Shown here piece after piece: positions 49,110 through 60,958 of a stretch of DNA of 64,000 bases. The notes under the pieces are model-generated. The model saw nothing but the letters and a program-made list of their open reading frames with translations, ran no database searches and was not told the DNA's origin. The translations under genes were made by a program, and so were the position numbers. Source of the stretch: Monocercomonoides exilis PA203. Its lineage: Eukaryota > Protista > Preaxostyla. Each line of letters opens with the position of its first letter. Positions within the stretch are counted from its first letter, which is position 1. The stretch lies in NCBI GenBank assembly GCA_001643675.2, contig LSRY02000066.1, forward strand, positions 248,001 to 312,000, read 5' to 3'.

Positions 49110-50100
49110 TTCTGGTTCGCCATGTGGGTCATTGCGTTTAGTCCCCTCAGCCTGCGGATGTCGTCGAAGCCGTAGACCATTAACTATTCAACAGGAAAGG
49201 CACAGCGCAGCGAAGGTGGAACGTCCATCGACAGAAAAGCGCTACAAGCAACACTGGTACATAGATCAATCACATTCTGCAGCTTCACTTTGAACGAACG
49301 CCCTTAGCTGTGCTTGATGAACGGCAGGGTTGGGGAGGAGAAGGAGGAGGAGGAGGAAGAAGAAGAAGAAAAAAAGAAGAAGAAAAAGAAGAAGAATTAA
49401 ATGGAGAAAGAAAAGAAGAAGAATTAGAAGAAGGTGAGGAAGAGGAACAGGACGATCTGTTTGAAGACAGAGGAATCTGCGGGATCTGGATAGAGCCAGA
49501 TATTCCATCTCTGGCCGTTGAAAGAGAAATGTCTGTCTTGTCTTGCCCAGCCAAAGAGCTGCCCATGCAATCAGAGCGAGGATGTGCAGATGGTAAGGGA
49601 GGAGAGCATGCTGCATAAGAGAGTGGTAACTCAGCAGGAATTTGTGCTGGAAAGCGGGGATCGTTGGGTATATGTGTTTCCTGCTGCTTCCCCAGCGACT
49701 CAATAAACCGCCTCTCTCGCTCTGCAATGGGGATTGCTGGCGCCTCTGGTCCGATCGGTTTCAAAAAAACTGATGACGCAGCATGTCGAGCACCAACAAG
49801 TTTAAAGAAGCCAGAAAGAACACGCCCAACAAATGATTGAAGCCTGTGTTGATGAAGTGAAAAGAATGTTGTTTGCCAAGCACCGAAGAAATACAGAAAA
49901 TAGCAACAGAAATAACAAACGAGTTGACAAAAATATCAGTTAAAATAAAATGACAAAAATGCAAACCACTCCAAGTTTTCTCTATCCACGGGGTAATTAT
50001 CATAAGTCCCAAGAAATAGTTTGAAGCGTCCTTCCAATTCAGAACAAAACGAAGGAGCACATGCTTTCAAATTCACCTGGACACAACAGTACAAATGGCA
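49110..50100 (-). pseudogene. Fragmented membrane-protein-like coding remnant with S/P-rich segment
   Basis: Hydrophobic pieces (NHLLGVFFLASLNLLVL; VPVLLVALFCRWTFHLRCAVPFLL) in discontinuous frames. Confidence 0.4.
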
Positions 50101-52046
50101 AGGGCACATAAAAACACAAAATAATAGTCAAAATGGAAGTCCTTAAAAACATTTTTTAAAAAAAATTCTCATCACACATGCAATAACTCCAATTGATGGC
50201 TCAGAAAACGAATGTTGTAATCCGAATGGCTCTCCGAAAAATGATTCGTGAGCGTCATCGAAACAGACTCTCATATTCCAATAACTTTCATGATCCGCAG
50301 AAGAAAGACAAGATAATCTGCAATTGGTTCGATTCTATGATCCATCAGGAAGTGAGAGGATCTTCGCCTTCTTCACATTCATCTTCGTTGAAGAAGAAGC
50401 AATTGAAAAATGTTAAATCAGTCGTACGAAATTCGAGAAGTTGAAAATAATTTGTATGAAGTTGTGATTGGACTAAATATTAAATTCAAAAGTTGATTTC
50501 ATATATGGCAAGACAATAGTTATCGTAATATTTGTTGAATGCTGAAGAAAATTGATTGATGAAAGATGATATCCTCAGTTCGTTGACTTTCTTTTTGCAT
50601 TATCCTCTGTTTTCTCTTCAAAAGCAAAAAATGTAAATATCTCTCAATTTCCATTCCTTTCCATTCCCCTCTTCCATTCGAGCACCAAAATCATCAGAAA
50701 ATATCAACCTTTTCTTTTCTTCATTTTTCCCATTCTCTTCAAAAAAATATTCTTTTCCTCTCAAAAAATATCCCACTTCCAAACAAACACTTCAGAATAC
50801 TCTTTTTCTTTCCTGCTTTTGCCCTCTTTTCCTTTTTTCAAAATCCATTTCTCCAATCAACAATAATCACCTTCTTCATCCTCAGCCACTTCTCTACATA
50901 TTTGCTATATTATCTTCTCAAAATCTCCACCCACTCTTCCCCGCCCCTTTGTATCAGAATTTCTTTCAATCAAAAATCATTCTTGAAACATTAACATTCA
51001 AAAATATATTCAACTCCCACCCCCTGCCACAAATAATCCTCTTCCATCTCCTCTCTGCCCCATATATCTCCTGCACCAGACGTTGATGAGATAAACCTCA
51101 AATACTGTTTTGGATGGTTGAGAATATTATTAAAGGAGATGATCATGCCAAAAACAGAAAAAAACACCTCTGGACATCCACCATGATGTGTACGGGCCGA
51201 AAAGACCCTCCAGTAAGATACACGATGTATTTTGTGGAGATGCGTTCCATGCTTCAATTTGACCATTCTGAGACTGAAATGAAGAGATTGATTTATTTTG
51301 AATGATGATGGCTGTGGAGATGAGGCTGTTTGGCAAAAAACAAATGAAGTGCAGTTTAATCTTTATTTATTTATCTTTATATGAGTATTTATTCGTTGAC
51401 TGTTTTTTGTTTTATTTTTAGGGCAGGAGGTGGAAATGAATGAAAATGAATGAAAGCATAATATCTCGTTGTGCAGGGTGGCTATGGAGTTGGGAGAGCG
51501 AATTCATATGGAAAGCGTGCATGATGAATAAATTGGGAAGGGAATTTGAAATGTTAATTTTTAAAGAAGTAGTTGAATTTATTAAACAAACAAAAACCTC
51601 TTCTTTTCGATAAAAGAAGAAACATAAAAAGGAGAAAAGGCTATTTGAAAGGACGATATGTTAGCAAGCCGCAAGACCTGCGGAAATTCATTGATTCAAT
51701 TTACAATTTTCTATTTCAACTTATCTTATTATATTCTTTTTCAATAGCATTATTTAACTAATTTTTGAATGCAAAATTTATTTATTTCGTTGTCTTAATT
51801 ATTGTTATCATGTTTATTTATCCAGAAAGCTTTGGTTTTTTTCCGTTTGTCAAATTTTCGAAATTTTTTGCAGAAATTATATCAATTTCTCAAAATTTGA
51901 AGTTAAAACAATTTGAAATGAATAAATATCTGAAAATAATTTATTATATTAATATATAAAACTATATTTTCACAAAATTATACAAAAATATTTTCTTATC
52001 AACTCCACCCTTAATGAAAATAATTTTTGATCAAACATCGGAATTA

Positions 52047-52129
52047 TTTATGATATCAAAAAAAATCACCCACCTTTGAAAAAAAAATACCACGAAAAAA
52101 GTTATAATTTCATAAATAATCACCCATAT
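52047..52129 (-). repeat. Two reverse copies of the hAT-associated motif
   Basis: 52089-52129 is 38/41 identical to 4098-4138; 52047-52072 pairs as an inverted repeat with 46382-46407. Confidence 0.88.
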
Positions 52130-52823
52130 GTCTTAATTTTTTTGAAAAGTCACTATCGATTTATTGATCTGATAATAATATAAAATATAGAATTATTTGA
52201 TAAATCCTTCTGAATGAATCGATAATTTAAAATCAAATAAACATTCATAGAAAAATATAAAATTTCTAGCAAATAATGTTTGCGGGGTGTTTTGTAATTA
52301 ACTTCCATGGGATAAATTATTGATCTGAAGCAACTTTTCAAAAAGAATAATTCTGTTGTTTTAATAATATAATGAAGAAAAAGACAAATTCACTTGATCT
52401 TGATTGCCAAAAACGTTACAAGAATTACACGTCACATTCAAATAAGATTATTTTTAATATTACAGAAAATACGAAAAATTATCCACAAAGAAACAAATAA
52501 ATGAGTTAATTTATTTGATATATTTACAAAAGGTATTTTATTAAAAAAATATCACAAATGAATAATAATAATATAAAACAACGTTCGATACTTTCTGAAA
52601 ATGCCTTTTATTTGAAAATAAATTTTGCAAAAGAAAAATTGAAAGTGATTAAAAAATAAAACGCCAAATCAAATTATAAAATGCATTAAACAAACTTCAA
52701 ATCAGATATAAGATTAAATGAAACAAAAAACACATCGCAAAAATATTTCAAAGTATATTTTCCATGATGTTGTGAAAATTTCAAAGCACCATATTAAAAA
52801 TGTTGCATTATTGCAAGTAGCAT

Positions 52824-54929
52824 TTAACAATATATCTTAAAACTTGTGTTATAGAACTTATTCCTTTCTTCTTGTCTTATACTTATTAGTTCGAATGAGT
52901 CATGAAGATTTGTTAATGTCACAGCAACAACAATCTCATTATTGCCTGTTTCTGCGCAATAAGGTAAGATTTGTTGATTGTTAAAAAAGTAGCAGCGACC
53001 TTTGCGATTCAAAAGGTTAATGTCAAGTTGGACGTTTAGCGATGGTTCAGAGCTAACTCCAAAATGCGTCTGCTTACGATAGAACGTTGAACTGCAAAAA
53101 ATTTCATTAATGAATAAAAAATTAAATTAAAGAAATAATTTTGTTTGTTTGAGACATCAAAATAATCAAACTCATGAATGTTTAAGCCTAATGTTCCGTT
53201 CTCGTCTCCAATAGACCTGGATAATACTTGAATTGGTCCGTAAACAATGCCAACTCCTATTTATGTGGATCATCAAACAACAAAAGAAAAACCGCAATTT
53301 CCAACATTAAACATAAACGTAATAAATCAAAACAAACTGTTATTCCATGAATGTTCCAGAAATCTTAATGAAACAATCCATCTTCCTTGACTCAACGCGG
53401 GAAAGAAAATTATTGTTGCTGGATTATTGCCATTCAGCGTAAATCTTGAACCGTTCTGGATTATCGCGTCTGTGGGCTTAACAAAAGGTGTTACAGAACC
53501 ATGTTCAATGCTGCGGAGTGGAACGAGACGAGAAAAATCAAAAGCTAAATGTGTTCTATCAAATCGAGGTGCTAAAGAAATTGAAGAAGAAGAAGAAGAA
53601 GCCGAAGAAGAAGAGGAAGAGGAAGAAGACGATGACGAAGAAGAATATATATTCCTTGTCTCTTTGAGTATATTTCTTTCATCAAATGGAAAGTTGATTT
53701 CATGATTTACTAAATCTGAATGTGACACATTGGACAACTTTAATCTGTAAATAAAATAAAATTCATACTTGCTTTGCCAACAACATTTAAAAAAGGGAAA
53801 AGAATAGGAGATGAGGGATGCAATTTTTCAGAATGATCATAAGGAAATGATGGTTTTATTATTTCTTCATTAATGACTTTTTCCTTTTCATCATCATCAT
53901 CTTTTTCCACAATAACATTTTCTGTAATTTCATCTGGTATTAAACTGAAGAATGTTCCAAGTAACCCCAAACAAAGTGTTGAAATTTCTGTATTTTCACA
54001 TTTAGACAGTTGTCGAATAATGGATTTCGTAATTATAAGCATTTCATATTGCTCTTTCTTCTTTAATTCGTCACTGATTTTATTTTCTTCGCCTTCATCA
54101 CCTTCAAATATCTTTTTTGTTTTTGCTTCTTCAGGATCATAATCAAAACGAGAGGCTACAACTCCAATAGTTCGTATCAAATTTGCTTTTGTTGAATAAT
54201 CAATAGAATTACTAACCAATAATTCTTTAAATTGTAAAAATGTTGGGAGAGACAACATTGCCTCTTGTAATAATTCATCTCCCTGAATAGAAGAATATAA
54301 TGCAGATGAAGCTGTCTGAGAAACAAGCGGAATTGTTGACTGAAAATTATTGTTTGATTTATTCATAAAACAGAAAAACAAAAAGATAAAAGATAAAAAA
54401 AATATCAATAAATAATTAAATATATAAACCTGCATCATCTGAAACAAAAGGATTAATTTGTAGCTTTGAATATTATCTGATGAAGGACGAAGAGCAAAAT
54501 TTGTGATAATTGAAAGAAGATTCATGCAGTTATACTGCAACATAAAATAAATAAATAACATTCAACAGAATAATTTATCAAAAACAAACAAACTTTAATG
54601 TCCATATCAATTTCTTTCGAAATCAAATCTGAAATAATGGATAAAACTTGAAATTGTAACATTTTCAAAATACAACTTGGATCTTTTTGAATGCAATGCA
54701 TTTAAATTTGCAGAAATAATAGTGCAAACCATATAATGCTAATAAGGTAATCTTCATCAAATTTTCTTTAATCTTAGCGTTATCACTTTTTAATCTTGAT
54801 ATAAGTTTTGGAAGTGAATCTTGCTTTTGTTCAACAATAAAATCTTCAAGTCCAAATTCTAAAATATCAAACGTTCAAATCATCTTCGACAGTGGAAATA
54901 TTTGATTGAAATAAGTTGCAATATTCCAT
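52824..54929 (-). CDS. Multi-exon hypothetical protein: N-terminal ARM-like helices and C-terminal SPRY/B30.2-like beta domain
   Basis: ORFs 53740, 53327 and 52824 linked by GT-AG introns; TIIFFPALSQGRWIVSLRF, GVGIV and VQLDINL...CYFFNN pattern is SPRY-like. Confidence 0.55.
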
Positions 54930-55143
54930 GAATTGAAAAAAATAAATATGTTATTGATCAATTGTAACCATTAACAACTTTATCTTTGGCATTTTTCATA
55001 ATTTGATTTGAAACAAATAAATTTATTTGTAGAAAATGAAGAAAATATTTATGTTGTTTTATTATTTTTATTTAGAAAGCACGAAAAACCTTTTAAATAA
55101 AAAGAATTCCAATTGATTGATGTGATAGTAATATTCTGAAAAA

Positions 55144-58100
55144 TCAAGATTCTGGATCAACGTGAGCGAAGGTGCACTTGTCGCCATGTTTGCACCAACC
55201 AGCCAGTGTGTAAAACATGCAGATGGCCTTTGTCTTGGGGGTGATGGAAGAGTTGTGCCTTTTTGGGTCCAAGTCGATGTCGACGACTCTGAAGTTGTTG
55301 GATGCGGTGGGGAGGTTGGGCTCGACGGTGAAGGAGGCAGCGATGCCAGGAGAAAGAAAAGAGAGCTGAGAAGGTTTGATCTTTCGGGTGTCCAAAAAGA
55401 CGTTGTCGAGAAAAGAGCGGCAGGCAATCCACCCTCTCCGCTGGTCGAGGGAGTAGTTGCCCAGCAGATAGCCTGTGAAGACAGTCGAAGGGGAAGGAGG
55501 AGAGTCTCTCGAGTAATGCACAAGAGACGAAGATGACTGGAATGATGATAATGATGATGATGATGATGAAGGAGAGGAAGAAGGAGAGGAAGAGGAAGAG
55601 GAAGAGGAAGAGAAAGAAGAAGAAGAGGAGGAGGAGGAAGAGGAAGAAGGAGGATTATTTGGAGATAAAGAAGAAGAAGAAGAGGAAGAGGAAGAAGAAG
55701 GAAGAGAGACATTTGTGATTGAAGGAAAAGGAGGAAGAGAAGGAGAAGAAGGAGGAAGAGAGGGAGAGAGAGAGGGAGAAGAGGAATAAGACGAAAGAGA
55801 AGGAGAAAGGGAAGGAGCAGAAGGAAACGGAGACAAAGGCGAAGAAGGCGAAGGAGAAGCATTTTGATCTTCTTTTGCTTTCTTCTTCTTTCCTTTTCTG
55901 TTGTTGTCCCTTGGCTGATTGGATGAAGCAGACGAAGCAGACAAAAGGGGCTGTGGCTCAGATGAGAGAGGATTCAATGAAGAAGAAGAAGAAGATGATG
56001 ATGATGATGAAAATGAAGGAGTTGTTCTGTTTTCTTGTTTGTCTGCTTTGTTGTTTGTTTCTTTTTCGTTCGTCTTTCTATTTGCCATCTGAAACACTTC
56101 TGCCATATTCTTGTCGAATGGAACAGACAAAAGTTGTCTTTTTATTTCTTCTTTCTCTTCTTTCTCTTCTTTTTCTTTTTCTTCTTTCTCTTCTCTTCTG
56201 ACTGACAAAAACAGATCAGAAACAGCAGAAGGAACAGACACAAAAGAAGAAGATGACTTCAGCTGAGGAAAAATAGAAGAGAATGAAGAAAGTGAAAGAG
56301 GAGGTGAAATAAATGAAGAAGATGATAAAAGAGAAGAAGAAGAAGAAGAAGAGATAGTTTTATTGGAGTTGTTCATCATCAATGGAAACACTTTTCGTTC
56401 TGTTTGTATTTCATTCTGTGTATCCTGTTTTGATTGTTTCATTCTTTCATTCAATGTCATCTCGTTATCTTGTTCATTCATCTTATTTGTGATGCTGCCT
56501 CCTTTTCTCATTCTCCCTCCTTCATTTTCCTCTTTCTCTCCTTCTCTTTCTCTTTCCTCTTCTCTTCCACACAAATCAAGATGGATGTTGTTGATGTTGT
56601 AGTTGTTGATAACTGACTGATTAACATGTGTATGTGAATGATGAATGCGATGAGCATGTTTCAACGAGCCTAATTTGGATGCTGTGCTGAAAGGAAGATA
56701 TGAACATATGCGGTGCAGATGAAGCAATTGCTCGCTATAAAACATCAGAAACGACGAAGACAACGTTGGAACAGGAAAAAGAGAGGAATTCATTGAAGAT
56801 GGAATTGATAAATCAGAAATAGAAGAAGAAGAATTAGAATTGGAATTAGAATTAGAAGAAGAAGAAGAAGGTGATGATGATGATGAAGACGAAGAAGATG
56901 CTAATGGAAGAACAGGAGTTGAATTTGGAGAAGAAGATGATAATTTTGATGAAGAAGGTGCAATTGATTTGTTTATGGTTGTTTGATGTGCCTCATTTTT
57001 GCCGGCAAGAGTGCTCAAAACATAATCAAAGATGTCATATTTTGAGTGTATCTTCTTCGTCTTTGTTTGTTTTCCTTCTTTTTCTTTTTCTTTTTCTTTT
57101 TCTTTTTCTTTTTCTTTCTCTTTCTCTTTCTCTTTCTCTTTATCTTTTTCTCTTTCTTTGCTTTTTGATTTATCTTTATCTTTTTCCTTTTCTTTTCTTT
57201 TATCTTTTTCTTTCTCTTTTTCTTTTTCTTTCTCTTCAGTTTTCGTTTCATTTTCCTCTTTCTTCGCTTTATTTCTCTTTTGGTGCTTGGAAAAGTTGAA
57301 TTGCGAATAAAAATAGTTCATTTCCTCTTCTTCCTCCTTCCTCTCCTTCTTCATTTTCATCCTCTCTTGTTCCAATCTCAACAGAACTGCCTTCTCTTTT
57401 TGCTCTTCTTCCTCTCCCATCTTATTCCTCCTGCCAACAACACCTCTTCCTTCTCTTTTGATTACTTTATTCATCATCATCTTCTGTTCTCTTTCTCTTT
57501 CTCTTTCTCTCTCTTTATTCTCATATTTATTCTCATATCCATATCCATATCCATATCCATATTCATCATTATTGTTATTGATATTATCATTATCCTTATC
57601 ATATTCATCGTTGTATTCATCATCCTCTCTGTTGTTGAGTTCCCTCAGTCCATTCGTCTTCTGAATGAGTTCTGATATTTCTGTCCCGTTCATCCCTCTC
57701 TCATTCTGTCTCATCCATTTGCCTGCCACAAAATCCAGCTGAGAAACAACTGCAGACAGAAACGAGGAAGGCGAAGGGAGAAACATCGAAGGCGAAAGGG
57801 CGAGTGAGGAGGAGGAGGAGAGGAGAGAGGGGAGATGGCTGAGAGAGGGGTGAGAGAGGAAATAGTGTGTCAGCTGCTGAAGAGAAGGGCGGGGGATGAT
57901 TGGAGCAGAAAGAGGAACAAACAGAAGATGAGGAGGAAGACAGGCAGAAGGAGAAAGAGGAGAAAGAGGAGAAAGAGAAGGAGAGAGGAGATCACTGGAG
58001 ACATCATCTGAGAAGGGGAAGGTGCTCGAAAAGGGAAGAGACGAAGGAGAAGGAGAAGGAGGAGAAGAAGATGACTGCATAATTGATGTTGAAATAGAAG

Positions 58101-59763
58101 AAGAATTGTTATTATCAGTATTATCAGTATTAGCTGAAGTAGTAGTAGTAGCAGAAGAAGAAGAAGTCGAAGAAGAAGAACGAACTGACAACAATTGAGG
58201 ATTCGATGCTAAACCAGATGAAAATGTCAGAGGAGGATATTTGCTTGTTGAGCTGCTGATGTTTGGGTCTTTGAAAAACTCTGATTTTTCTCTCTTTAAA
58301 AGATGATGAAAAAGATACGATGAAACATTCAACGGAAAGATCGGTTTGGAATATGCAGACAGCAACTGAGAGGAAGAGGACGATGTTGACATACAAACTG
58401 TCTTATTTGGTTGAAACAGAGCAGATGAAGATGTCTGTGAAGAAGAAGAAGAAGAAGAAGCTGATGATGATGATGATGATGATGTTGTTGTTGTTGTCGT
58501 CGTCGTTGCAGAAGGTGCATCAATTGAGTCAGAAGAAGGAAATGTTGAAGATTCTTCTGAAGGAACAGCCGACGATATCGATTGAGAAAATAACTTATTT
58601 TGCCTTGAATGGTTCATGCTAGCAAAATTATTGCCTTCTTCTTCGACTTCTTCTTCAATGGCACCATTGAGTTTGTTCGTGTACTGTTTCATTTCTTCTC
58701 TTTGGCTTTTTTTCAATGCTTCTGCAAATGCATAATCCTGTTCCATCATCTCTGCAAAATATTCATCTGGCATAAACATTTGTCCAAACACAGACTTTTC
58801 CTCATCATTAATATAAGACTTGGGAAACACAATATCGCTGCTTAGTTCTTTCGTCTGACATGCGTTATATATTCCCTGAGCAGCGAATTCAATATGGCTG
58901 TTGAACTCAAGTTGTGACTCTCTTTCTTTTTTTATCAAATTTGCTTCAAGATCCCACAACGTTTTATGAAGTTCAGAAAATAATGAATGAATAGAATTTA
59001 TTCTCTTTTCATAATACTCTGGAAGCTAATATATGTATATAGCAAAATCAAAAAAAAATTTTTTTTTTTGAAACAGAAAACATAAGATGAACACGCATTT
59101 ATCAATTTTTAACACTTTTGAGGACAATAACAAACCATTTGAGATAATTGATAAAGTTGTTTAAGATTGCACGTAGATTCATTTTTAAGAAAAGAAGAAC
59201 AAAGTGCAGTATCATAATTAAATTTGTTGAGGCATAAAATCGCACTTTTCAAAGTAGCATGCGAAAGCTGATAATCTGAAAGCTTCTGATGTGATAAAAA
59301 CGAATAATCAACGGTACATGGATGAGACCGATGAAATTTAACGGTTGGACAATTCACGCACACAGACTTCATTTCAAAAATTAATATTAAAAAATTTGAT
59401 TTTTAACTAAAACAGAAAAAACAAAGAAGGAAAAAATTAAACCTGACCACATTCTAGACAATATAAATAAAAATGCGGTGTGCTGACAATATCGCAAGGT
59501 TTTTGATTTCCTTTCCACGACAATAGAAAAGAAGCAGAATGATCAAATGTATCGGTCATATGACGTTTCACAAAGCAAGATGAACAAAAAGTAGCCTTAC
59601 AGTTATGACAAAATACATGATTGAATTCTTCGTGACAATGCTGGCATAAGGTGTTATGCTCAAAAACTTGTTGGAGCGCTTGCAATGAACGATTTTGTTT
59701 CGATTTCTCGGGACGTGTATCAGGTTTCTGACTTGCCCCCTTTAATGCTGCTCTATTAATCAT
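55144..59763 (-). CDS. Tandem B-box zinc-finger protein with low-complexity middle, C-terminal cold-shock-like OB fold and CCCH zinc finger; 3 exons
   Basis: CQHC...CHNC...CSSC...H; CDI...YCLECGQ|SVCVNC...HRSH; RRGWIAC...NVFLD...LSPG...FTVE; CMFYTLAGWCKHGDKCTFAH. Confidence 0.75.
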
Positions 59764-60089
59764 ATGTTGGCACTTTGTGTTAGCCCCTGTACTCTGTTCA
59801 GTCCTGTGGAATCAATAGAACTTTTTTCCCAAGGTCCAAATGGGTTATTCTTTGATCAGATTTTTTTGCAAAAATTAAAAAGGCTGTGATCAAATGAAAA
59901 TATAGACACTTTAATCAATCCAATGAAATTAATAATATTAAAATAATGAGCATATTGAAAACAAAGCCACGAAAACAATTTTCATTCAAGTTTTTTTTTT
60001 TGTAAGCTTTGATTTTCAATTTGTGATGAACATTCGCATTTATTTCAGAAATTCTTACCAACCCAATTATAAAACTTATCGAGAAGCCG

Positions 60090-60617
60090 ATGTTATATTT
60101 GTTACATTATATATCAACCGTCTTTGCGCTAGAAATTGGAGAAAAAGCACCGGACTTTGTTTTATTTAATCAACATGGAAAAGCTGTAAATTTTTCTGAA
60201 CAAATTGGAAAAGGTCCTGTAGTAGTATTTTTTTATCCAAAAGATAATTCAATTGTGTGCACGAAAGAGGTCATAGCATTCCAAGCACTTGAGCCACAAT
60301 TTCATGATTTGGGAGCAAAAATATTTGGAATAAGCTCAGATTCTGTGGAATCTCATGCAGATTTTGCTAAAAAGCACGATTTGACATACGATTTACTTGC
60401 AGACGTTAATTCAAAAATTAGAAAGGAATGGGATGTCCCCAAAGCTTTATTTTTGAATGGTCGGTCGACATACACATTTGATGAAAATGGAATTCTGCGA
60501 AATATTTTCACAGGATATTTTAAAGGATTAGAGCATGCTACAAATGCTTTAGAGCAAGTGAAAAAATTGGTTGGATACGAAGACGAAGATCATTCTACTC
60601 ACGATGACTCTCTTTAG
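60090..60617 (+). CDS. Peroxiredoxin Q / BCP family, 1-Cys, with putative signal peptide
   Basis: GEKAPDF, FFYPKDNSIVCTKE, GISSDSVESH, LLAD and GRSTY; intronless; hydrophobic N-terminus; ends HDDSL. Confidence 0.92.
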   Translation: MLYLLHYISTVFALEIGEKAPDFVLFNQHGKAVNFSEQIGKGPVVVFFYPKDNSIVCTKEVIAFQALEPQFHDLGAKIFGISSDSVESHADFAKKHDLTYDLLADVNSKIRKEWDVPKALFLNGRSTYTFDENGILRNIFTGYFKGLEHATNALEQVKKLVGYEDEDHSTHDDSL

Positions 60618-60958
60618 CATGAACAATTTTCAAATTTTATTTTATTTAAAAAAATGTTTTTTCATTAAATAAACTATTTTTCTTTTATAATTTCATTAAG
60701 CTTATAGGATATTATATTCTCTCTCTTTATTTTTTTGTAAAATGATAAAATATAATTCGTTTTTGAAGTATTATAGTAATGAATGTTTAATTTTTACTCA
60801 AGAAAACAAAAAATATTTTTTTGAATGTGTAATGAAAGAAGTGTGAAGTTAATGTTTGGTAAATAAAAAGGTGCTCCGGATTTTAGAGCAAAAACTTTTA
60901 GAAATGTAGTGAAACTGGAATGAACCATTCAACGAAAGAAAAAATCATTTCTTTGGCT

